NCBI GenBank assembly: GCA_964016885.1
Contig: OZ024741.1
Span: forward strand, 146,258,001-146,322,000
Direction: 5' to 3'
Origin: Eledone cirrhosa
Taxonomy: Eukaryota
DNA: 64,000 bases
Positions 42,798 through 53,900 of the stretch are shown in pieces; the stretch's first letter is position 1, and each line of letters opens with the position of its first letter. The position numbers and the translations under genes are program-made. The notes under the pieces are model-generated. The model ran no database searches. It saw only the letters and a program-made list of their open reading frames with translations, and was not told the DNA's origin.

Positions 42798-44327
42798 TAC
42801 GAACTATACGCAGATAATTTACGTCTTGCTGTGGTAGCTAAGTATATTTTATGTTTATACCATTACTTGTTTGTATAGGTAAGTATACCTTACCCGTATG
42901 TTTTGTGGCAGTACGCATACTTTCTCGTACGTATATATGCTTGTATTTGTTATAGATGTATATATTATATATACTGGTATGCGTATATGCGTATATTGTT
43001 ATGTGTATATGCGTATTTCGTATTTGTGTGTGTATGCTTGTTTGCGTGTTTGCACGTATGTAAGGTGTGTATATGTGTACATTGAGTTTTGGTATATGTA
43101 CGTTTGGTGAACATATGTGTATTTACCTGTAGGTGTGTGTGTATGTGCGTTATATACATATTTATATGTGTATATTTATATACGTTTATATAATTATATG
43201 TATACACACACACATATTTTTATATGTGTATTTGGTGTATACGTTCGTATATGTGTGGCTACATGTGTCGCGCAGATTTACGTACTTGTGCGCATGTTTA
43301 TGTGTACGTGCATGTATATGCATGCATGGCGTGTGTTTTCTCGTATGCTTGTGTATGGTATATGTACGTATATAGATGTGTGTATGTATATATTTAATTA
43401 TTATTACTTTTATGATTTTGATAACCTCTGTCCTTTTCGTTCTACTAATTTATTTACATTATTCTTAACTTTGAAGCCGAGAATCATTCGGTTTCCTAAA
43501 TAGAATATTAGTCTACAATTTCATTTATACTATAAACGTGGTCTATATTCATACAAGATTTATGCAGTCTGGAATTTGAATGTAAGAAAGTTTTATACAA
43601 AAAAAATAATTAAATAAAATGGTAAGTTGATCTTTCTTTTCTTTTACATACTACTCTTGCAAGCAGGGAAAAACGGACGTAAACTCATGATGATGATGAT
43701 GATGATGATGACTACATCTCTCACTTGCTTGTATATGCATGTGAAAACATGCATGGACAGCCATATATGTGCAAATATGCACCAAATATATACACACATC
43801 CAAATATACATACACATACACGTGCATGTGAAAATATGCATACAGGTAACTACAATTGTACAGACATATACATGCATACACACACACACATATGCTCATT
43901 CATATACACATGTGCATGTGAAAACATATACTGACAGTCATATTCATTCACACTCATATATGCACATAAATTTACAACCAATCAAACACACACACATGCA
44001 CACACACACACAAACCCACACACACATACACACAAACACACACACACATATATTTATATATATATATTTATTAAATTTTAACAGATTAAAGTTTAAGCAA
44101 GAATCGCTGCTTTCACCGTTAACAGGATCTTCTGAAATTAAAAAAAAATCAATCTGTGAACGCAGAAGTAAATATTTCGAAAAGCGGTGCAACCGAAGGA
44201 AAACAGGAAGTTGATACTTTGGTTCGTGAAGACGTTCCTTGGCAATGAACAGAAAAAAGTGAAGATAATACGTCGTTATGTGGTGCGTGAATCTCTATTC
44301 CATTCTTATCTGACAAAATTCTTTGTA

Positions 44328-44438
44328 CAGGGTGGGCCAAATGTCGTGCAATTAATAAAAAAAATTATTATTTCATTTAGTAAATACATAAAGCAGTTAT
44401 TTGTTTTTAAATGACAATATGAGTTTTGGTCCATCCTG
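44328..44438. mobile_element. Tc1/mariner-type MITE
   Basis: TA-CAGGGTGGGCCAAA ... TTTGGTCCATCCTG-TA: imperfect 14-bp TIRs and TA TSD. Confidence 0.75.
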
Positions 44439-44506
44439 TACATTTAATTCCTGTATCATTTCATTTGTAACAAATAAAACGGAATAAAATAAACCATTTA
44501 ATTTAA

Positions 44507-44712
44507 CACTTTAGCATTTAAATTGGCCATATCCGGCCAGAATTCTCTCACCTCTTTCTGTTCAAACTGGTTGTAACCGGCTGCTCATACTGATGTTAAG
44601 GTATTGTTCTTAAAATAGATAATATCAAAATCTCATAGATTCAATATTATGTGAGGTAAAGCCTTTACCGTGAAAATATAATAGTATAGAGAGTAATGTA
44701 AATGCTACAGGG
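44507..44712. mobile_element. TTAA-flanked (piggyBac-like) MITE
   Basis: TTAA-CACTTTAGCATTTA ... TAAATGCTACAGGG-TTAA. Confidence 0.7.
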
Positions 44713-46139
44713 TTAAGGAAAGTGGGCAAATAGCTTTCAACATCATTCAGCGTCCAATTTTACTGGTTGATGTTTGTGGTGGAAATCATGTAGAAAGAGA
44801 AATCTTTTGATATGTAATTTGTGAATGGAGCAGGTGAGAAAATGCGTTAGATGAAATTCAGACATTTGTATGAAGTAGTTGCACTATCTTATATATGCCA
44901 GTAACATTCTTATGCTGTGTTACATAATAACATCACTAGTGTGGGTTCAACAATAAAATGAACCTAATATACTTTGTAAAGTGGTTGACGATCAAATAGA
45001 GACAAAGTAGAGTAGAGAGGGCTCTTTACATTTGTTGAGGGCCTAGTGCTGGTGCAACAATGAAATGCATACCCATTTCACTCAGTAAAGTGGTTGATGA
45101 TCATACAGAATAAGATAGAAAGAACCCTAGCTTTTGATGAGGACATAACAACCTCTTTAATGCTGGTGAAAAAACAAAATGTGCTCAGTAATGTTGTTGA
45201 TGACTGAATGTGATACAGCAGGGTAGAGAGAACTCTTTACTCTTGTCAAGAACATGACAACCCCTCTAGTTTAAATCCTGTTGAGATCAACTTTGTTTTT
45301 TAATATTTTGAGGTTAATAAAATCAAGTTGTAGTTACAAACTGGGAGTCAATTTCATCAACTGCCCACCTCCAGCCTTAAATGTCTGTCCATGTGTCTAC
45401 CATAGAATCTATTATACACAATGATTATATAAAATTGATTTAAGAAACCATGATATATAACTAACATTGATGCATTCTACTATTGTTTTCTTTATATTGC
45501 TAAGTGTTTCATCTAAACTTCATTCACAATGATTTATTACTTCAGTTTGATAACATTCTTTAAAGCTGTTTGTTAATAAATGAGAGCAAGTTGGCATACA
45601 GGTCCTCTACATACCTACTATTATAGTCATAAAGATTAGAAGTTAGTTCTTCAATAGCACTGATATCCATATAGTATGTTGGAAGATTATGATGATGATG
45701 ATAGATATATAGGGAGGGGCTACAAATAATATTCAGTTATTTATATGTAATGATAAGCTGATTTTCATAAGTTTTACTCCTCTACCAACCATATTAAACA
45801 TGCAAAAATGTTAATGACAAGAAGAACACATGTTAAATGACAAGAAGAACACATCGATCATTCATTTTTGTTTTGAACTGTTTCTGTTTCACATTTAAAA
45901 AGAGAGTAAAAGCCCTGCAATATCATGTTGAAATATAATGGGTAAAACAGTACTTTGTTTTATTTTGTTTTGTTTGTCATCCTTTGCCGTTTATATATTT
46001 TTACCACATTACACTGGCTTTTTAAAACTTATCAGTCATATATTACATATCTCACAATGCTTCATATTATGTATACTATTTTAATATCCTTATAATTATT
46101 ATGAATGTTTCACACAAATAAATTGGAATTTTTGTCCTG

Positions 46140-47175
46140 AAGTTTGGGTCACAACTAGTTTCCTTAGAGCTCAAGGACCTTTCTGATGGTTCTTGCTGTA
46201 CCCAATAAGGCAGACTTTTGGATCAATGCTATTTTTGTTGTTACTCATATGTCTGTCAGAAACCTTTCTATTCTGCAGGTAATACTCATTAACACACTAA
46301 TAACAATGGGAGTTACATTTGTAGAGACATTCCACTATTTTCCTAGAGCCCTAACAATATCCTGGTACTTTTCAATCTTTTACTGCTCCTTGTTGGTCAT
46401 GTTCATGTCAACAGAAATGGCTATGTCAAAAATTATACATTCTGTTCATGCCTGATCTATAATAACTAGATCAGGTCATCTAACCAGTATTTCTTATTTC
46501 TGGTTTGTAAAATCCCAAAGCACCTTGGACCTGTCATTCTCAACAACACTCTTTGTTTGATGTTGGTATTATTTACCAAACACTTTGGTGGATTGGCAGT
46601 ATCGGTAGAGTTACGGCCGTTGCCATTCTGAGTTCAAATCCTGCCGAGGTTAACTTTGCCTTTCATCCTTACGGGGTTGATAAAATAAAGTACCAGTAAT
46701 GCACTGGGTAATTGCTGGCCTTGTGCCAAAATGTAGAAACAATTATTTACCAAACACTTCAAACCTTGTGGTTGCAAGATGTGCATCATGGAAATACTTT
46801 TACCCTTTCTATGTTAAGTAACTACAAACACTTAAAATGTGGATTACAGACTAACCACTACATTGCACATTCTGCTTTTGGTATTCTCACAAGTTTTGTC
46901 TTCTTTACTTTAATAAGATTTATCTCTAAGGCTTGTGATTGGGAAGCCATGATTACATCTTCAGTTTCTTTCTTCAATTCACCATTTTTCAGCCATAACC
47001 AGGATTCCTCTGCTGCCAATTCCATGGTTTGTCTGGAAGCTTTTCCCTTAGTATATCTTTCGTTTTCTCCTTTCTTCCTGTTTTTGTATGATTTTGCACA
47101 TAAACATCTACTTCATTAATCAACCAACCCAACCCCGCTGCTCTAGATGTAAGTCTTTCTGAACTTTTCATCACA
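46140..47175 (-). mobile_element. Degenerate R4/Dong element 3' part (RLE domain), interrupted by a SINE
   Basis: Minus strand: SVVENDRSKVLWDF, DLVIID, IFDIAIS, KEQ.KIEKYQD, IVISVL, QKSALLGTARTIRKVL. Confidence 0.7.
46586..46746 (+). mobile_element. tRNA-derived SINE with Tx1-like tail
   Basis: TGGCAGTATCGGTAGAG, GAGTTCAAATCC, GCCTTTCATCCTTACGGGGTTGATAAAATAAAGTACCAG core, tail GGCCTTGTGCCAAAATGTAGAAACAATTATT. Flanked by an apparent TSD atttaccaaacactt (46571-46585 and ~46745-46759). Confidence 0.85.
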
Positions 47176-47444
47176 TATTATAGTCATAAAGATTAGATAT
47201 TAGTTCTTTAACAGTACTGTCATTTAGATATTGTCTTGGAAGATTCTATAAATAATATATATATGGTGGGGAGTATAAATAATATTCAGTTGTTTTTAAA
47301 TAACAATAAGCTACTTTTCATATTTATACTCATCACCAACCAACTTATAAACATACCTAGTAAAATGTGCAGTAAACTTTGATATTAAGATAATAATAAA
47401 TTTTGTTTATTATTATTATTTTGTTTATTATTATTATTATTATT

Positions 47445-47631
47445 ATTCTTTTGTTTTAATTTTTTTTTAATCGTTTCCTGTTTTTTTTTTTCACGCAGAA
47501 AACCACATTGTCCGGTCCTGATATATCTTTTGTAAACACTATGTGATTAATAAAGAAATAATTATCATTACTGGGTAATTGCTGGCCTTGTGCCAAAAGT
47601 AGAAACAATTATTATTATTGTTATTATTATT
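47445..47631 (+). mobile_element. Tx1 3'-end fragment followed by SINE 3' tail, both in (ATT)n
   Basis: 47490-47560 resembles the 3' UTR of copy C (cacgcagaaa...tgtaaac...taataaagaaa); 47568-47610 is the SINE tail. Confidence 0.7.
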
Positions 47632-50600
47632 GGTCTGATCAGACGTCTTTTTGCTCGCTCCCGTCTATTTATTTACCTGTCATAAATTATTAATTGTTAA
47701 ATTTTTGTTGTTGTGTAAGGGACATAAGCCCTTGGACTTTGCGCCAAGAAGGGGAAAGTATAATATTTGGGCTTTTTGGCCCAAATATTTTACTTTTAAA
47801 AATTATCAAATAAAACATGGCTGAGCCACGCCTCCCAGCGATATGTCTGCTGCCGTGTGACAACAGCATAAAAGATGAGGGTTACGGCGAACACAGAAAT
47901 TGATACAACAAACACCACCACAAACAATGTGAACAAAGACAGCAATGACAACAACACTGAGAACACTAATTTAAAAAAAAAACCACACCAACCACAACAG
48001 TAACAGTGACAACCAAAATACAGACAACAGAAAAAAATGACAACAAATGCAACAATGATGTTAACACCACTAACAAGAAAATAAATAATGACAACACCAA
48101 CAGCAACAATACAAATTGCACCAAGAACAACAACAACAGCAGCACAAAAAACACAACCAACTACAACAGTGATAACAGCAACAACACCATCAACACCGTT
48201 TGTAGCAGTAGCAACAGCAACAGCGCAAAAAACAAGACCAGTAGCAGCAGTAAAAAACAAGACCAGTAGCAGCACTAATGGTGCCGCTGAAAAAGGGGCC
48301 ACTTCTTTCACAGGTGTGGCCCGAAATATAGAGACAGTGCTAGTCACGGAGGAGGAGATGGGAGTCGCAAGGGCCATGGTGACAAGAAATGACAATAGAG
48401 TTTCCCTGAAACTTCCACCCGATTTTTTCAAGGACCAGCAGCTATGGACGGTGACTTACCACACTGCAAGCAAAATGTCACATCGCGTGATGAGAGCCAC
48501 GGAGGCTCAAATCCTAAAGGCCTTGGCGTGCAAAACCCACATCCCCTGAGGCAAAAAGTATGCCACAGTAGACGTACTTTTCACCGAATGTGCCAATGTG
48601 GTCATGGGCAAACTGCATTGGGTCATCCAGATCGTATTTAGATAGGGTATTCTGTAGGGAAACAGGACTTCAGGAGTATGGGTTGCGGTGCATACGTCGA
48701 CAGACTGCCACGGCTCTCGACGACCGCAGTGCTGCGAAAAGCCGATAACAACAGATGAAATATAAGAAGCGATGTCTGACTGCACGAGGGGTAAATCGCC
48801 AGGTTTGGATGGTCTGCCCTACAAGCTTTATGCGTACATGCCAGACATGTTCGGCGACCTCTAGGCAGATGTCTACTGCAACTGGCAGCAGAATGGGAGC
48901 ATTCCCAGTTTTGTGAGCCAGGGAATGGTGGCGCTGCTGAGAAAAGACCCTAACAAGGGTGACGTTATAGACAACTTCAGGCCCATAACTCTGCTAAACC
49001 CAGAGTTCAAGATTTTGGCCAAGGTATTAGCAAAGAGATTGGTGCTTGTCATCGGCGATCTGGTGGGAAAGGCGCAGAAATGAGCCATTCCGGACAGATC
49101 CATCCATGACAACCTCCATCTCATGCAATACATCATAGAGAGGGGGGTTAAGGAACCTGGCACGGGTGGGGCCCTGATCAACTTGGATCAATCTAAAGCA
49201 TTTGATAGGATAAACCATCAGTACCTGGCTGTGGTCCTCGAGGTGGCCAGCTTCGGGCCAATTTTTAGGGGCTGGATCGCTGCAATGCACAGCGACATCT
49301 ACTCGATTGTGAGGGTGAATGGTCACCTGTCGCAGCCGTTCAGCATCATGCGCTCGGCCCACCAGGGTTGTCCCTTCTCGCCCTTCTTATATATACTGGC
49401 CCTCGAGCCATTACTGCACAAATTGGAGATGATGAGGCTGGTTACACGCGAACTGGGGTGCAGGAGATCCATGTCGGCTTATGCCGATGACGTCTCCGTA
49501 GTGGTGGCGAGCACCAAACAGGTCCAGATGCTCGGCACCGCTCTCAAGGAATACAAAGCGGTGAGAGGAGCGAAGATAAACCAGGAAAAGTTGGTGGGCT
49601 AGCCACTTGGCACCTAGAGAGGCAAGTCCATGCCGTCCGACAGCATCGTGGGGCGCTGGACGGAAGGACCGGTAAAATTGCTCAGAGTCTGCTTTGGTCC
49701 GGACCTCCAGATAGAGAAAAACTGACCATCGTACCTTGCCCTTGCCCAACTCTGACCAAAATGGAGCACCATCTCTTCCGCTTTTAAGTGCAAGGGACAT
49801 ACTCCCATGGTCAGACGATCCATCTGTTGTCAGCACCTGTTGTGTGGAGGACAGGGCATTCCGTGGCTGATGATGCAAAAACATGCGCTGAGGCTGCGAC
49901 ATCTCTTGTGCTTCCTTGACGGTGAACAGGTGTGGTCGCCATTTGCTCATCTCCTTACTGGAGCTGCAGTCCTGGATCAGGAAAAGATCACTGGATAGCG
50001 CTTAGAAGCTGAAATGTCTCCAAGCGCTCACCACCCTCTACCAGCTGGGTTCTGATATCGGTGGAACTTCCACTCGGCGTTCTATAGAGGGTTAGTGGAA
50101 GGGAAGAGCGACAACATTCTCGAGGAGAGCCTGTGCATCGAAGACGATCAGCTGTTCGCTCTCTTCAAGAGAACTTTCAGTCCGGGGCTTACGCACAACT
50201 TCCAGAAATCCCTGTCCTGGCAATGCTACCGGAGAGCATTTCCAGCTCGGGATAAGCTCTACAGGCACAGAGGTGCTGTCAGCCAAGCCTGTCCGAGATG
50301 CGCGCAGCGCGACGAAACCGTCTTGCATGTACTCGTTCAGTGCACGAGAATTGCTGACTTGTGGAGCTATGTCGAACAGCTGCTGTCGCGTGTAGTACGG
50401 ATCCAGTTATCAACTGAGTCCATTGTGCAGATAGCCCCGCCATTTTCCTTTAAAGAGGAGGAAGGGCAGGCAGTTTTCATCTGCCTGGTGGCCATGGCGA
50501 AAGAGATTGTGTGGTGGACAAGATTGAAAGGGTTGAAGACGGACACTTTCTCTCCGGCCAATCCCTGAATAACTTTTTCACGTTTCACTTGAAGAGGAAA

Positions 50601-50963
50601 ATCAGGGTGGAGAGGCAAGTGGTGTCTTCTAGTAAGTTTATTGAAAGGTGGGTGAAAGTGGTGAATCTGGTCCGAGTGAATAGGCCCACTCTGAGTATGT
50701 ACCTGTAGACTGAGGAGTGGGAAACTGAGAGAGGGTGCAGCCCTGGGGGTAAGGGTGGCCGTGGTCTTTTGTGTGGTTCTCACCACGAGTGACCCTCGGA
50801 AGTTTCCCCCCTATTGGGGAATTTTTTTTGTTTGAATTTTTTTGATATTTCTATCTGCTTTAACAGCCAAAACCCTCTTTGTATGGTCCTGTACCATTCT
50901 GTGCCGTCTGTAATGTTTTTCTTCATGTTAGCCCTTGTGGCCAATAAAGAAACCATTATTGTT

Positions 50964-50998
<35 letters not shown>

Positions 50999-50999
50999 T
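47632..50999 (+). mobile_element. Tx1/L1-group LINE, copy B (large internal deletions)
   Basis: ORF1 core (SFTGVARNIETVLVTEEE), jump at ~48585 to the APE end, RT ORF 49123-49602 (AYADDV), zinc-finger ORF 50095-50568 (CPRC...ETVLHVLVQC), AATAAA at 50943, (ATT)n tail. Confidence 0.92.
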
Positions 51000-53900
51000 G
51001 GCGACCTACGTAGTAAATCGTATCATCGTGAGCTCCGCAAAGGTTTGTTATTTTCAGTTGTTTAAAATTGCCATTTATGGAAAATTTTTATTGTTAACTG
51101 TATATAAGTGCACATACATTGATTTCTGAAAAGGACACTCAAAATTATTTGGGCCTTGAGCCCAAAATTTAAACTTTTTATAATTATCAAACAAAACAAA
51201 TTTCTTTGAAAAATCATGGACGACTCAGATTCACTCCTTCCTCACAAACTAACACCTCACACCGACACCACCATTGTAAATATTACTACGTTTGCCAACA
51301 CTAAAAATATAAGCAGTAGCAATATTTTAAATTTGTCTCAGGCAGACATTCATTTCCCGCCATTACCAAAGACTGCAGGTGTTAAAGCCCCCCCCCACCA
51401 CCACCACCACCACCACCACCACCACCACAGCGACAAGCCCCACCACCACCACCACAGTGATAACAGAAACAAAAGAAAAAAATAAATGAACTCGTGATAT
51501 CGAAATGAATTCAACCAAAATGTACTCTTCCACACCGAACACCACTGACGCCACCACCACAACTGAAACTAAAATTAACAAAAACAAAAATAACGATAAC
51601 AACAACAGCAACAATGAAATTAAGAAAACTACCCTGAGTTTTGCCAGAGTGGCAAAAACGTGCGAAGCGATCCAGGTAACTCAGGAGGAATTAGAAGAAG
51701 CCAAAAGAATGGTAAAGAAAGATGGGTACGGGGTCAGCCCCCCCCCCCCCCACACACACACACACACCTAATAAAATGGAGCATCGGCGCCTATGCACCG
51801 TGTCTTATCGGACAATTAACATAAAATCGCGCCGAGTGAAACGGGCATCCGAGTCCCAAATCCAAAAAGCTTTGGGACATGTGTGGGGAAAAAAAACACA
51901 TATCAGACGTGGGCAGAAATATGGAACCGTGGACGTGTTCTTTGAAACACCACAGGAGGCCAGAGAACACTCCATGGCCCCATTAAGAAGTGACGACTTC
52001 ACACTCGTTCCAAGCTATTGTGGCCAGAGACTTGTAAAGATCAGGGTGACCCACGTTCCACCGGCCATCGAAATTCCCTGGTAATGGCTGCCGTCCTCGC
52101 CGGCATCAAGGCCAACACCAAGATAATCGAAATAGTGAAAGAAAAGCAGGAGAACTGGTCCGGATCTGGGATGGAGCTCCTGATCCAAGCGGACCATAAA
52201 AGCATTCAGGAGACCCCAGAGGTAATAGACCTCACTGACGGCAGCCACCTCACCGTAATGATCGAGGGCAGAAGGCCTAGGTGTGACGTTTGAGGTGAAG
52301 CAACCTACCTAAGGGCTTTCTGCCCTCAGGCTAAAAGGTTGAGGCCACCTCTCTTACCCACCCCAGTGACTCAACCATCAACGCCACCAGCAGCAGAAAT
52401 GGCAGCAACAACTGTAGCAGCAACAACAGAAGCAATTGTAACAGCAACAACCCCAGCAACAGTAGCAAAACCAACACCACCACCACCCAACGCGCCAGAA
52501 CTGGCACCAGCACCTACACCATCCACCACGCCACAACCAAAACCAACGCCTGTGGAGGATTTTCCACTCCCCGGCTTATCGCAACTGGAGACAGATTTTG
52601 ACGACGAGGAGTGGGAAACGGTATCAGGAAAAAAGAAAAAAAGAAACCAAAAAAGAAAAAATTATCTTCCTTCCCCCTCCAAAAACAAAATACAGAGGGA
52701 AACAAATAAATTATCAAACAAAAAAGTTAGGACAGATATGCCACCATCCACACCCGCATCACCAACCCCATCACCACAAACACCAACACCATCACCATCA
52801 TTAACCCCAACACCACCATCACCAACACCAAAAAAGTCACCAAAAAGCGTAACAGAAACAAACCCACAACAAACGCAAACAAAACAAAACAACCGAAACG
52901 ATACACACTAAACAGCATTAAATTTGAACAACAACCAATTATTACACTACATGCAACACAACACCAGCATCACAGATAAAGACTACACAACAACCCAAAA
53001 GTTCACACCACCTCCACACATACAAATCATTCGCTAACACAGAAAACGTACACGACACTAAAACATAAATTCCCCAAAGACATCGGAGACTTCCGACAAA
53101 CACTCTCCAGGAGGATTTATAAGGAAATCCTTCCGGAGGAGGCCACAAGCAGAGAAAAGGATGGACAAACCATCCTTCCTCTACGCGAAGTAAGGTAAGT
53201 GGTCTTTCCCATTTTTCCACTCCATTTCAACATGACCTCATTCAGAATAGGCAGCATAAATGCGCGTGGCTTGGGGTCGTCATGGAAGCAGGGCCACCTG
53301 CTCAACGACCCCAGGTCACTAAACATGGATGTAGTGGCCATCAGCGAGACCAGAATCTCCGAAGCACGGGTCTTCGCACCGATCTTCGGCGGCTACGATG
53401 TGTACGCATCTCCCAGCCGTCCAGGATCGGGGGGAGGAGTTGCTGTGCTTTTTCGGAGAGGTTTGGATCTCGCCATACGAGCCATCTTCCTGGAACCAGA
53501 AGGTAAGTTGGTGGTGCTATACGTCACCAGCGGAGACGGGCAAGCTTTCAGGCTAGTGGCCTCTATGCCCCGGCAGGAGCAGGGCGGCCTGATTTCTTCT
53601 GGCGTCTGGAGACCTTTATTGGAACGTCCCGCTCTTTAGTGTTAGTGGGCGACTGGAACGGGATCTTAGATGCACGCTGGGACTGTGTGGGATTAGTGGA
53701 TAGGGGAGGCAGGTGCAAGACCCTCATCAACCAGCTCAGGCGTTTTGAACTGTCTGACAGGTACCGATTGGATTTCCCGAACGTGCCAATGTGGACTTGG
53801 ACAAACCGCATATGGTCATCCAGATCATATCTAGATAGAGTATTTTGTAGCGAAATAGATAGGTCTAGCATATGCTGTCCACAATTCAAGATAGTCAGCT

